A stretch of DNA of 64,000 bases from an uncultured Lentimicrobiaceae bacterium (GCA_964653595.1 CAZZHH010000001.1:40813-104812); one strand, 5' to 3'; positions 31,297-41,099 are shown, counted from the first letter of the stretch. The notes: generated from the letters alone by a model not told the origin. Numbers and translations are program-made.

Positions 31297-32499
31297 ATGA
31301 AAATTTTAGTTTTAAACTGCGGTAGCTCATCCATCAAATATCAGTTGATGACCATGGGCAGCGAAACAACTGTGCTTGCTAAAGGCCTTGTTGAACGTGT
31401 TGGATTAGAAATGGGAGAATTTACCCACAAACCAGAAGGACGTGATAAATATTACATTCAAACTCCAATTCCTACGCATAAAGAGGGTATTAACCTAGTT
31501 CTAGAAGCATTGACAAACCCCACACACGGTGTTATTTCAAATGTAAACGAAATAGCTGCTTGCGGTCATAGAGTAGCACATGGTGGTGAATTTTTTCAAA
31601 AAAGTGCACTTATAAATAGCGATACGAAGAAAAAAATTCTCGATTTATGCGAACTTGCACCATTACACAATCCAGCAAACCTTCAAGGGATTAATGTAAT
31701 GGAAGAGTTGCTTCCAAACTTACCTCAGGTTGCAGTTTTTGACACTTCATTTCATCAAACGATGCCATCGGAAGCATATTTATATGGTGTACCTTACGAA
31801 TATTATCAAAACTACAAAGTGCGTCGTTATGGATTTCATGGTACTAGCCATAAATTTGTTGCTCCAAAAGCTGCCAATTTGGTGGGCAAAAACTGGAACG
31901 ATTTAAAAATCATCTCTTGTCACTTAGGCAATGGCGCATCTATTTGCGCTGTAAACAAAGGAAAATCTGTAGATACTTCTATGGGATTCACTCCAGTAGA
32001 AGGTTTGATGATGGGTACTCGTACAGGTGATTTAGATTTAGGAGCATTGTTGTTTATCGCCGAAAAAGAGAATTTAGACTACAAAGGCATTAACAATTTG
32101 ATAAACAAAAAATCTGGTGTTGCAGGTGTTTCGGGCATTAGCTCCGACATGAGAGATATTGAAAATGCATTTTTTGATGGAAATCTTCGTGCCATTGACA
32201 CGTTAAAAATGTACGCATATCGTGTAAAAAAATACATCGGAGCATATGCTGCAGCAATGAACGGAGTAGATATCATTTTATTTACGGGTGGTATTGGCGA
32301 AAACGATTCTCATTTAAGAAATATGATTTGTGAAGATCTATCCTTCTTTGGTGTAGATTTCGACTCAGAAAAAAATGAAGGAGTCAGAGGAAAGGATGTC
32401 GTAATAACCAAGCCAAACTCAAAAACTACCGTTATGGTTGTTACTACCGATGAAGAGTTTGTAATTGCTCACGACACTTATGACATTGTGTTAAAATAA
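31297..32499 (+). CDS. ackA: Acetate kinase
   Basis: MKILVLNCGSSSIKYQL, HRVAHGG, FDTSFHQTMP, YGFHGTSH and GGIGEN motifs. Length is 400 aa. Confidence 0.95.
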   Translation: MKILVLNCGSSSIKYQLMTMGSETTVLAKGLVERVGLEMGEFTHKPEGRDKYYIQTPIPTHKEGINLVLEALTNPTHGVISNVNEIAACGHRVAHGGEFFQKSALINSDTKKKILDLCELAPLHNPANLQGINVMEELLPNLPQVAVFDTSFHQTMPSEAYLYGVPYEYYQNYKVRRYGFHGTSHKFVAPKAANLVGKNWNDLKIISCHLGNGASICAVNKGKSVDTSMGFTPVEGLMMGTRTGDLDLGALLFIAEKENLDYKGINNLINKKSGVAGVSGISSDMRDIENAFFDGNLRAIDTLKMYAYRVKKYIGAYAAAMNGVDIILFTGGIGENDSHLRNMICEDLSFFGVDFDSEKNEGVRGKDVVITKPNSKTTVMVVTTDEEFVIAHDTYDIVLK

Positions 32500-32521
32500 A
32501 ACATTTATAATTTTAAAAAAA

Positions 32522-32547
32522 AGCTGTCCTCTGGACAGCTTTTTTTA
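32522..32547 (+). terminator. Rho-independent terminator of ackA
   Basis: Perfect 8-bp stem agctgtcc/ggacagct with a 3-nt loop, followed by a T-run (tttttt). Confidence 0.8.
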
Positions 32548-32661
32548 TGTCCCTAACATTTTTAATACTTTTTTGAGACAAGAGTAATTTTCTTAAAGAT
32601 TAACAAATTTAAAAAGCAGTTTTTTTTATACATTTGCAAAAACAAAATTAAATTTACAAAC

Positions 32662-34071
32662 GTGAAATCAAATTATTGGAAATTTATTTCTACAATTCTA
32701 CTCCTATCCACCACCATTTTTAATGTATTAGCACAGAACACTCATTTGGAATATATTGGATTAGGGTACAATATTTCGTATGCTCCTCTAAGAAGAGTGA
32801 ATGAGTTTATAGACTTATATAATGCTAGTAAAACAAAAATCAATGGAAGTATTATTGAGCAAGAGATGAATCACATACACAATTTAAAGGGAATAAATTT
32901 CACAGCAGGAGTTAAAACGGGGGATGTAACTTTTGATATATCATGGACTAAACGTGCCAACGAAGTTTTTGCAAATTACGAAACTCCATCTCACGAAGAA
33001 CGTCATGTTAAATATAGAACAAGCACCTTTGGCTTAGGAATTATGGCGCCTTTTATCAAAAACGAAAAATTTTCGGCCAATGCGGGGATGAGTTTAGATA
33101 TTATGTCTGGCAAACTCCAAACCTACTTATTCAACGAATCGCCAAGTGGCGAGTTTGCAGATTTAAATAGCTTTGTAAATCTAGGATTTGAACCTGCAAT
33201 TCAATTGCGATATCATCCGATAGAAGGAATCCCTTTGGATCTAGGATGTAGATTATATTGGCAAGCAAATCTAATGAAAAACGACATGTCCGGATTAGAA
33301 AAAGAGATGTATAACCATTGGAAAAGTGACATCTCTGAACTTAAATCAGGGGGAAGTAATGTTGGAATAATTTTTCAAGCACTGATAATTATTCCAAACT
33401 TTAAAATTAAGCCAATTCAGAAAAAAGAAAAGGTAATGGAAGAGCAAAAGTATCCCTCTAAGATTAAGTTTACAGCTTTTGCAATCGATAGTCTTACTCA
33501 AAAGCCAATCCACGCAGTAGTTACAATCACCAATAAAAGTGGCGTAAAAACTAGCGCTTCCATCATTAATGGGGAAGGCATGAGTACAAATTTATTCAAC
33601 AACGATGAATATCAAATATTGGTTGAAGCCTTTGGATATGAATCAAAAACAGATTTGATTGCATTAAACAGTTTCCCTTACAGCCAAATAAATAAACAAT
33701 ATGCATTAAGTATGATAAAAGTGGGAGCGACTGTTACTCTCAACAATATCTATTTTGAAAAAGCATCAGCAACCCTGCTCTCTGAATCGGCACCAGAGCT
33801 AGATAAAATTTTAGATTTTATGACTAAAAACCCATTAGTAAACATTGAGCTTTCGGGCCACACAAGTAGCGAAGGTAGAGACGATTACAATCTTCAACTT
33901 TCTACCGAAAGAGCTTTGGCAATCAAGCAATGGCTTGTGAGCAAAGGAATAGATTCAAAAAGAATAACTTCTATTGGATATGGCAAAACCAAGCCAATAG
34001 CCGACAATAACAACGAAGAGGGCAGAAAAATGAATCGTAGAGTTGAGCTAAAAATCATCAAAATTGAGTAA
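32662..34071 (+). CDS. OmpA-family outer-membrane protein (N-terminal barrel-like region, Ig-like middle, OmpA_C)
   Basis: Signal peptide. C-terminal FEKASATL ... GHTSSEGRDDYNLQLSTERALAIKQWL ... NRRVELKI. GTG start. Confidence 0.8.
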   Translation: MKSNYWKFISTILLLSTTIFNVLAQNTHLEYIGLGYNISYAPLRRVNEFIDLYNASKTKINGSIIEQEMNHIHNLKGINFTAGVKTGDVTFDISWTKRANEVFANYETPSHEERHVKYRTSTFGLGIMAPFIKNEKFSANAGMSLDIMSGKLQTYLFNESPSGEFADLNSFVNLGFEPAIQLRYHPIEGIPLDLGCRLYWQANLMKNDMSGLEKEMYNHWKSDISELKSGGSNVGIIFQALIIIPNFKIKPIQKKEKVMEEQKYPSKIKFTAFAIDSLTQKPIHAVVTITNKSGVKTSASIINGEGMSTNLFNNDEYQILVEAFGYESKTDLIALNSFPYSQINKQYALSMIKVGATVTLNNIYFEKASATLLSESAPELDKILDFMTKNPLVNIELSGHTSSEGRDDYNLQLSTERALAIKQWLVSKGIDSKRITSIGYGKTKPIADNNNEEGRKMNRRVELKIIKIE

Positions 34072-34145
34072 CATTTCAACATTATTGACAAGAATATAAA
34101 CCATACAAATTATTGAATTATAAAATTTGCTTTGAATATTTTAAA

Positions 34146-34736
34146 ATGATAGATAAAAAATTCGATATCACTAAACTAGAAAAACTCAATCATCCTGGAC
34201 GAATTGTGGATATTGATCCTACTTTTATCTGGAATAAAATTGGGTTACCAAATGCTGCTATAATAGCAGATATTGGTGCAGGCACAGGTATTTTCTCTAA
34301 AGAATTTTCTAAATTATGGCCAAAAAGCAAAATTCTAGCACTCGACATCTCTCCTATTATGATTAGCTGGATGAATGAAAACATTTGCCCCAATTTTCCC
34401 GCTATTAGCACCATGTTCATGAAGGAGTCAGAAACGCCATTGGACGACAACAGTATAGATGTGGTAATTATGATCAATCTTCACCACGAATTACACGACG
34501 AAGTAGCTATGATAAAAGAGTGTCGTCGGGTTTTGAAAAAAGGAGGAAAAATTGCCATTAGCGATTGGAAGAAACAAGAAACTCCAAAAGGACCACCATT
34601 AGATATTCGATTTGATAGCTCGGAGGTAGCCGAACAATTAGCAAATTGTAATTTTGAGAAAATTAAAACATTTAACAGTCAGATTAACAACTGGTTGGTT
34701 GTTGGAACGAAAACAGTTGACAGTGAAACAGTGTGA
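34146..34736 (+). CDS. Class I SAM-dependent methyltransferase
   Basis: Motif I IADIGAGTGIFS, then ALDISP, and motif III region VVIMINLHHE. Start set to ATG; the track start is TTG. The last ~9 codons are supplied by the heptamer repeat. Confidence 0.75.
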   Translation: MIDKKFDITKLEKLNHPGRIVDIDPTFIWNKIGLPNAAIIADIGAGTGIFSKEFSKLWPKSKILALDISPIMISWMNENICPNFPAISTMFMKESETPLDDNSIDVVIMINLHHELHDEVAMIKECRRVLKKGGKIAISDWKKQETPKGPPLDIRFDSSEVAEQLANCNFEKIKTFNSQINNWLVVGTKTVDSETV

Positions 34737-34891
34737 CAGGAAACAGTGAAACAGGGTGACAGTTAACAGTGTGACAGTTAACAGTGTGACAGTGTGACAG
34801 TTAACAGTGTGACAGTGTGACAGGGAACAGTGAAACAGGGTGACAGTTAACAGTGTGACAGTGTGACAGGGGAACAGTGTGACAGTTGACA
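34709..34891. repeat. Array of about 24 heptamer/octamer units ending in ACAG (gtgacag / ttaacag / gaaacag), with an ~84-bp higher-order duplication
   Basis: Read directly. ggtgacagttaacagtgtgacag recurs at about 34755 and 34838. The array begins inside the 3' end of the methyltransferase ORF. Confidence 0.9.
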
Positions 34892-35025
34892 GGGAAATAG
34901 TACTAAGCAAGTCTCAAGGGAGAAAACTATGAAATTTTGATTCTGCTTAAGCGTGGCTTATAGACAATGCTCCGTTCAAATTTCTAACATTTTGTATGAT
35001 TAAATGGATGAGTATGTTTTTTTTG

Positions 35026-35033
35026 TATTTTTG
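35026..35033 (+). promoter_or_regulatory. Bacteroidetes -7 box (TAnnTTTG) for the porin-like gene
   Basis: tatttttg lies 22 nt upstream of the ATG at 35056 and inside the track's N-terminal extension. Confidence 0.4.
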
Positions 35034-35055
35034 CAAAAACAAGAATTTGAAGCGA

Positions 35056-36933
35056 ATGCATTACAAATCACAACCATTATTAATTCTTATACTCATTATC
35101 ATTTCCACTTTATCGTTGTATTCGCAAAGTGAAGAACTAATAAAGAAAGATAGCAATACCTACCATGATGTTTATAGATATATTGGGTATAGCAGATTAC
35201 AATGTGATTCAAATGGAGTAGTTGAAGACACTCTAGATTTAACCCTCCATCAATATGATCCGTTGTTTATGTCTAATTATTTATATGCAACCATGGGGAA
35301 TATTGGCCGTCCTCACCGACCATTATTTTTAAGTACGCCTAACATAGACTTCACCTATCGGGTATTTCCGATTGAAGCATATGAGTATAATTTTTCGAAA
35401 CTAAACCTCTACAATGTAAAATCGCCCTTTACAAAGTTATTTTACGCTACAGGGACAGGAAAAGAGAACTTTTTATCGGGAGTACATGCCCAAAAAACCA
35501 ACAACATATCTTTTGGAATTGATTTTAGGATTATTAGCTCATTAGGACTATACCGACATGCCAAATCGAGCAACACAGGAGGGAGTATTTATGCAGGCTA
35601 CGATCATCCCAATAAACGATATGGCATTCTTGGATCATTTACATTCAACAGATTAAAGCCACAAGAAAATGGAGGAATAGTTCACGATTCAATTTTTGAG
35701 CAAAACATCGAACCCACAAGAGCTGGTGTAAACACTCGATTAAGTGAAGCTGAGAATAAAATAAAGACCAACACGCTCCATTTTTCGCAATATTTCAACC
35801 CGTTTTTCAACGCAAATGACACTACAAAAAAGATCAATTTTGGCACCCTCGTACAAATATTTTCGTACGAACGTAGTGATCATGTATTTTCGGAACTAGA
35901 ACCCGACTCCGCCAATTACTCCTTTTTTCTGAAAGACACTTTAAATTCATACGATTCAACTTCCTATTTAAAAGCCAGCAATGGAATTTATTGGATGAAC
36001 TACTCCCTCCATAATCAACCTAAAAAGTCATCCTACTGGTTTCTCAAACTTGGCGTAATGCACGAATATGCAGAAGTTTCGGACTACCTTAAGACCAACT
36101 TTATAAGCCAGCTAATTCCCGAAGCCGAAATTAAATACAAACTAAAAAAAGAAAACGAATTTGGAATTAAAGGAAGATATATCTCATCAGGATATTCACA
36201 AAATGGGTTTCAAGGGACTCTCTGGACTAGGATAAAGCCTTTTAAAAACCTAAACCATATACTTCAATTTTCCACATCGATTACTTCAAAAATGCCCGAT
36301 TATTTTTACAGTTATTACCATGGAAACAACTATCAATGGGATAATACAAATCTGGTAAAAATTCTTCAAACCCAAACATCCATTGTTTACTTTAGTAAAA
36401 ACTTAGAAATTGGAACATCTAACTTTACCATCAACAATCAGATTTTTATCGATAGTAGATATCAGCCACTACAATATAATCAAACCCTCCATTATTTTCA
36501 AGCCTATGCAAATGTAAAACTAAATTATCGTTCCTTTCATGTGATTACAAACATTACAACCACTCAAGGCAACAACGATACGTTAATGGCTTTTCCAAAT
36601 CTCACAGCTCGTCAGAGTATATTTTTCCGATTTCCTCTCTTTAAAAAACGGATGCAATTTCAAACTGGTGTAGATTATACCTTTTTAACCAAATATTATG
36701 CACCTAATTATGTACCTGCCATTGGTGAATTTGTCATTCAAAGCAACAAACAATATGGCGATTTCATTTACCTCAACTTTTTTATTGGGTTTAAAGTGAA
36801 ACAATTTAATGCAATGGTAAAAGTACAAAATGTTACCAAAGGACTTTTGGGTTATAATTACATGATGATGCCACAATACCCTATGTCTGATCGATTATTT
36901 AAATTAATCGTTTCCTGGCGTTTTTATGATTAG
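35056..36933 (+). CDS. Putative outer-membrane beta-barrel (porin-like) protein
   Basis: Signal peptide after MHYKSQ. The sequence is aromatic- and Gly-rich with alternating strands throughout, and has a C-terminal aromatic (RFYD). The family call is tentative. Confidence 0.5.
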   Translation: MHYKSQPLLILILIIISTLSLYSQSEELIKKDSNTYHDVYRYIGYSRLQCDSNGVVEDTLDLTLHQYDPLFMSNYLYATMGNIGRPHRPLFLSTPNIDFTYRVFPIEAYEYNFSKLNLYNVKSPFTKLFYATGTGKENFLSGVHAQKTNNISFGIDFRIISSLGLYRHAKSSNTGGSIYAGYDHPNKRYGILGSFTFNRLKPQENGGIVHDSIFEQNIEPTRAGVNTRLSEAENKIKTNTLHFSQYFNPFFNANDTTKKINFGTLVQIFSYERSDHVFSELEPDSANYSFFLKDTLNSYDSTSYLKASNGIYWMNYSLHNQPKKSSYWFLKLGVMHEYAEVSDYLKTNFISQLIPEAEIKYKLKKENEFGIKGRYISSGYSQNGFQGTLWTRIKPFKNLNHILQFSTSITSKMPDYFYSYYHGNNYQWDNTNLVKILQTQTSIVYFSKNLEIGTSNFTINNQIFIDSRYQPLQYNQTLHYFQAYANVKLNYRSFHVITNITTTQGNNDTLMAFPNLTARQSIFFRFPLFKKRMQFQTGVDYTFLTKYYAPNYVPAIGEFVIQSNKQYGDFIYLNFFIGFKVKQFNAMVKVQNVTKGLLGYNYMMMPQYPMSDRLFKLIVSWRFYD

Positions 36934-36945
36934 AAAATCAAATCA

Positions 36946-37629
36946 ATGAAAATGACAACACAAAGTCCTTTTAAGCAGTTAGTACATGCTTCATTTATCC
37001 CATTATTGATTGTGGGAGTCATATGGATGGTAAAGATTTGTGAAACCATATTTGAACTTAATTTTGCGGAATTTGGTGTCTATCCGCAATCCTTTATAGG
37101 GTTAAGAGGAATTATCTTCTCTCCATTTTTGCACAGCGATTGGGCACATTTAACTTCTAATACAGTTCCAATATTCTTATTAGGACTAGGTTTATTCAAT
37201 TTTTATCCCACCAAGGCCATTTGGGTTCTGTTGTTTATCTACCTTGTATCAGGAATTTTCACGTGGTTATTGGGCCGAGAATCGTACCATATTGGGGCCA
37301 GTGGTATTGTATATGGATTAGCTTTTTTTCTTCTCTTAAGTTCGATTATTCGCAGAGAACAGGCAATGATGGCATTCTCCATGTTGATAATTTTTCTTTA
37401 TGGAAGTATCATTTGGGGATTTTTCCCTCAATTCTATCCGAACCAAAATATATCTTGGGAAGGTCACTTAGCTGGTGCAATTGCTGGAATAATTATCGCA
37501 ATTTATTATCGAGAAGAAGGGCCGAAAAAGAAAGTCTATTTCGAAGATGAACAAGAGGAGGTCGTGGAAGATGAATATTGGAATCAAGAAATTGACTCTA
37601 ACGACAATTCACCTCTCATCAAACCGTAA
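36946..37629 (+). CDS. Rhomboid-family intramembrane serine protease
   Basis: Six TM helices, HSDWAHL, catalytic GASGIVYGL, and HLAGAIAG (His). Confidence 0.85.
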   Translation: MKMTTQSPFKQLVHASFIPLLIVGVIWMVKICETIFELNFAEFGVYPQSFIGLRGIIFSPFLHSDWAHLTSNTVPIFLLGLGLFNFYPTKAIWVLLFIYLVSGIFTWLLGRESYHIGASGIVYGLAFFLLLSSIIRREQAMMAFSMLIIFLYGSIIWGFFPQFYPNQNISWEGHLAGAIAGIIIAIYYREEGPKKKVYFEDEQEEVVEDEYWNQEIDSNDNSPLIKP

Positions 37630-37875
37630 TTAACCTCTAAATATGTAAGAATTGGCTATTTACAGAATTCAACCCAAAGTAAAGTAATTTTTAAACTAGC
37701 ATCTATTGAACACTTTCTGACAAGCGAGACATAAATTTGATTTGTAGGTATCATTTTATTTATTTAAATTTGCACCAACGTTATGACTAAGATTATCATT
37801 AGTTGGAAAACAATTACTAAATCGGGGTTCATAAAAAAATGCAATATACGACCGTAAAATGCAATAACAAATAAA

Positions 37876-37965
37876 GGAGAGGTGCCGGAGTGGTCGAACG
37901 GGGCAGTCTCGAAAACTGTTGATCTCGCAAGGGGTCCTAGGGTTCGAATCCCTATCTCTCCGCCA
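37876..37965 (+). tRNA. tRNA-Ser (anticodon CGA), encoded CCA end
   Basis: Folded by hand. Acceptor stem GGAGAGG/TCTCTCC (one G-U pair). Anticodon stem-loop gcagt-CTCGAAA-actgt, giving anticodon CGA. Long variable arm, and T-arm tagggTTCGAATcccta. Confidence 0.9.
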
Positions 37966-37985
37966 AAATAACAAGCTATAAGATG

Positions 37986-38023
37986 AAAACCGCTGAAAAT
38001 CAACAATTATCAGCGGTTTTTTT
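37986..38023 (+). terminator. Rho-independent terminator after tRNA-Ser
   Basis: aaaaccgctga ... tcagcggtttt stem followed by a T-run. Confidence 0.7.
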
Positions 38024-38171
38024 ATTCCCAAAAGAGCGAATATAACTGCAATATGTATTAAAACGGTGTGCAATTCGGTTGCATAAATCAGGTGGCAAAA
38101 AATGCAACCTACTTTGTAACTAAAGCACTGTAAAGCAGTATTTTGCAACGAACTTGTTTTACTTAAAAAAG

Positions 38172-38179
38172 TAATTTTG
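38172..38179 (+). promoter_or_regulatory. Bacteroidetes -7 box (TAnnTTTG) for the integrase
   Basis: taattttg lies 17 nt upstream of the ATG at 38197. Confidence 0.4.
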
Positions 38180-38196
38180 TAACCAAAAAAACAAGT

Positions 38197-39417
38197 ATGA
38201 AAAGGACATCATTTAGCGTTATTTATTTTGTAAAACGCACAAGGAGTTTAAGAACTGGCGAATTGCCAATTTACGCACGTATTACAATTAATGGCGAACG
38301 TGCTGAGTTTACGACACAATCATGTGTTAAAGAGGAACAATGGGATAACGTAAGAAACCGAATGAGAGGTACCTCAAAAGAAGCTAAAGACTTGAATTTA
38401 CATCTTGATGGGATTAAATCAAAGCTAATTGAAATTAAGATGGATATGGAGAATCATAAAGAGGATCTAACTGCTTTAGCATTAAGAGACAGATTTATGG
38501 GTATTGAGACTAAAAACAAAACATTACTCACTATATTTCAAGAACACAATGACAAATGCAAAGGTTTGATAAACAAAGATTTTGCACCTGGAACCGTGGA
38601 ACGATATGAAACATGTTATCGATTGCTTGAGTTTTTCATTAAAGATAAGTATAAAAAGAATGATGTTCATTTGCATGAAATCAACCCGATGTTTATCAAT
38701 AATTTCGAGTATTACCTAAAAACCAAAAGGAATTGCTGCAACAATACAACAGTTAAGTACATCAAGAATTTCAGAAAAATTATCCGCATAGCACTAGCTA
38801 ATGGATGGATGAAATCTGACCCATTCTCAAATCTAAAATACCACATTGATGATGTAGATATGGCATATTTAACGGAGAATGAATTAAATATTATGATAAA
38901 TAAGAGATTCACGAATGAACGATTGGCACAAGTAAAAGACATATATCTGTTTTCATGTTTTACAGGACTGGCGTTTATTGACACAAAACAATTGACCTAT
39001 GATGAAATCGAAAATAAAGATGGTAGCCTCTGGATCAAGAAGAAAAGACAAAAAACCAAAAATTGGTGCAATATCCCTTTGTTACAACCTGCAATTGAAA
39101 TCATGAATAAATACAAAAATCATCCAACATGTATAAAAAATGGCGTAGTTTTACCAGTGTTGTCAAATCAGAAGATGAATTCATATTTAAAGGAAATTGC
39201 AGATATGTGCGGGATAGAAAAAAAATTAAGCACTCATACCGCCCGACACACTTTTGCTACTACCGTAACATTAGCTAATAAGGTATCGATGGAGGTGGTT
39301 TCAAAGATGCTAGGTCATTCAAATATGATTATGACAAAAAAATATGCAAGAGTTGTTGATGATCTAATTAATAAAGACATGCAACAAGTGATGACGAAAT
39401 ATCAAACTGCAATCTAA
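38197..39417 (+). CDS. Tyrosine-type site-specific integrase (Bacteroidetes type with N-terminal arm-binding domain)
   Basis: The N-terminus FSVIYFVKRTRSLRTGELPIYARITINGERAEF is typical of the Arm-DNA-binding domain. C-terminal catalytic residues are in HTARHTFATT ... LGHSNMIMTKKYARV. Confidence 0.9.
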   Translation: MKRTSFSVIYFVKRTRSLRTGELPIYARITINGERAEFTTQSCVKEEQWDNVRNRMRGTSKEAKDLNLHLDGIKSKLIEIKMDMENHKEDLTALALRDRFMGIETKNKTLLTIFQEHNDKCKGLINKDFAPGTVERYETCYRLLEFFIKDKYKKNDVHLHEINPMFINNFEYYLKTKRNCCNNTTVKYIKNFRKIIRIALANGWMKSDPFSNLKYHIDDVDMAYLTENELNIMINKRFTNERLAQVKDIYLFSCFTGLAFIDTKQLTYDEIENKDGSLWIKKKRQKTKNWCNIPLLQPAIEIMNKYKNHPTCIKNGVVLPVLSNQKMNSYLKEIADMCGIEKKLSTHTARHTFATTVTLANKVSMEVVSKMLGHSNMIMTKKYARVVDDLINKDMQQVMTKYQTAI

Positions 39418-39436
39418 CTTATTAAATAAAGCACAA

Positions 39437-39473
39437 TAAAAAAGCCCAAGGTGAAACCCTGGGCTTTTTTTTT
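39437..39473. terminator. Bidirectional rho-independent terminator
   Basis: gcccaagg-tgaaa-ccctgggc hairpin flanked by an A-run and a T9 run, between convergent genes. Confidence 0.75.
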
Positions 39474-39491
39474 ACAACCTAAACGAAAAGG

Positions 39492-40142
39492 CTATTTGAC
39501 GTGACCTGACAACTCGTTGCCTGGAGCAAATTTAACTACTTTTTTAGGTCTGTTCAAATTGCTGAAATCCGTTGTAACAACATGTAGTGCTGAATCACAA
39601 TCCGCCCAGCTACGAGGTGCTGTGATTTCTGCTACCCCTACTACACGTGCTACAACATCCCTGAAAATCATTGCTTCATTAGTAACGCAATTAATTAAAA
39701 CAAAGGACAAAGTTGATTCAAGCTCTTCTTGAATTTGAGAGTTTGGATCCCAAGTGATTTTCATAAGTTGATCTGGGAGCCCCGTGTTAACTACGTTAAG
39801 AACAGAACTACCTTCAATATCAGCCAATTTTACCAATGTTTGGTCGAGAACTGGAGGTTCACCAACAAAAGCATTTTTGACGATTAGACTTGTTACCTTG
39901 TTGAAAGGTGACATTTTGGTTAAACGACCCGCATAAACCTCATTGATAAGAGGTAATACTTGTCGAACAAATGCAACAGTAGTTGAAAATTTACTACGTT
40001 GTGTTACTTGCCCAATTGTTCTTGGGTTTTTCACTTCAATCGGTTTGGTTCTCATTGTGTTGTTACCAAACTGTTTTGAAAACACGGCTGTACCAAATGC
40101 TTTTTTGGTTCTGCCTGTAATCGGATTCTGTACAATTGCCAT
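39492..40142 (-). CDS. Hypothetical protein (resembles the Bacteroidetes DUF6266-type family from memory)
   Basis: Coherent 216-aa ORF. The N-terminal pattern NPITGRTKKAFGTAVF...MRTKP..VKNPRTIGQVTQRSKF recalls that family. The assignment is unverified. Confidence 0.5.
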   Translation of the reverse strand: MAIVQNPITGRTKKAFGTAVFSKQFGNNTMRTKPIEVKNPRTIGQVTQRSKFSTTVAFVRQVLPLINEVYAGRLTKMSPFNKVTSLIVKNAFVGEPPVLDQTLVKLADIEGSSVLNVVNTGLPDQLMKITWDPNSQIQEELESTLSFVLINCVTNEAMIFRDVVARVVGVAEITAPRSWADCDSALHVVTTDFSNLNRPKKVVKFAPGNELSGHVK

Positions 40143-40334
40143 AATTTAATGATGTTAAATTTATAATTATTCGAACTTGATTAGGACTTGATACGGATTT
40201 TATTCCTTGTCCTGCGTGTCCTCTACAAAGATAAGTAGTAATTTAGATAAAACCATCTTAAAGGCTGATACATAGAATACTATGCACAGAAATGCATCTA
40301 TTTGCCATGAAAAGAACAAATTTCACAAATCTGT

Positions 40335-40760
40335 TTAAGGCTTCGAGAGGTATCGATTGAAAACTGCTCTTTTGGCTTGATCAATTAAGAGGATGTTCTT
40401 TTTGTATGTGGCTTCCAGATTTTCGAGATTGCGAAGTGTGGTGACAGACTTTTGAAAATCATCAGGATTGGAGGCAACAATCGATTTGGCAATGGTTATA
40501 CACGATTTTAAGTCGCTTTTAACGATGAACGGTATGACTGAACCCCGAAGATGCTGATAAAAAGAATTCGACCGCCATAAGCCATATAAAAGCCAATATA
40601 TCTGCTCCCGCTCTTCGGTGGAATCCACGAGGCAGACGAAACAATTTGGACAGGCTTGGTTTAGCGGTTTTCCACTGTTATTTCCTTTGTTAAGGATGAA
40701 AAGGTGTGGCTGAGTGTATTCGGTGCCGACACGGTGTGATTTGATGGTTAACGCTTGCAT
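40335..40760 (-). CDS. Hypothetical protein, 141 aa
   Basis: ORF with normal composition and no motif I can name. The C-terminal third is predicted helical (NLENLEATYKKNILLIDQAKRAVFNRYL). Confidence 0.5.
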   Translation of the reverse strand: MQALTIKSHRVGTEYTQPHLFILNKGNNSGKPLNQACPNCFVCLVDSTEEREQIYWLLYGLWRSNSFYQHLRGSVIPFIVKSDLKSCITIAKSIVASNPDDFQKSVTTLRNLENLEATYKKNILLIDQAKRAVFNRYLSKP

Positions 40761-40881
40761 AACACGGGCTTTAAAAAGATAGCTACGCTTCGCTCCGCAT
40801 TAAAAACTTGACAAAGAAAAATGAAAAAAAACCTAAAAAAAAAGAAAAAGAAAGCCATCTAAAAGGGTGGCGTAAGGGGCT

Positions 40882-40966
40882 GTCAAGGCTTTTGCGATAT
40901 AAATACTATCCGCCAGTGGGCGGACTGGAGATTTATATTGCAAAACCCGAAGGGCTTGGCCTTGAC
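40882..40966. repeat. 85-nt extended hairpin element with a REP-like apex
   Basis: Outer stem gtcaaggc/gccttgac (8 bp). Middle stem ttttgcgatataaat/atttatattgcaaaa (15 bp, 1 mismatch). Apical stem tccgcc-agtg-ggcgga (6 bp). Confidence 0.8.
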
Positions 40967-41068
40967 TGACCACGTGAATGAGCATCAGGACATAAATGGG
41001 GTAAGCCAACCTAACTTTGCTTCCTTTTTGTTTTTTTTATTCCATCAAGGAAATCATGAGGGGTGTAA

Positions 41069-41099
41069 TAAAAAAGACCTGCTCTTGCGAACAGGTCTA
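41069..41099 (-). terminator. Rho-independent terminator (minus strand)
   Basis: The reverse complement reads agacctgttcgcaagagcaggtct followed by tttttt. Confidence 0.6.

Noticed and set aside
34638-34910. 90-aa minus-strand ORF (TVTLLTVTL...), and a possible CRISPR array
   Set aside because: The ORF is just a translation of the heptamer array. It is not a CRISPR array because the units are 7-8 nt, contiguous and without spacers, and no cas genes are nearby.
37756-38148. 130-aa and 80-aa minus-strand ORFs
   Set aside because: They run antisense through the tRNA-Ser gene and its terminator, so they are spurious.
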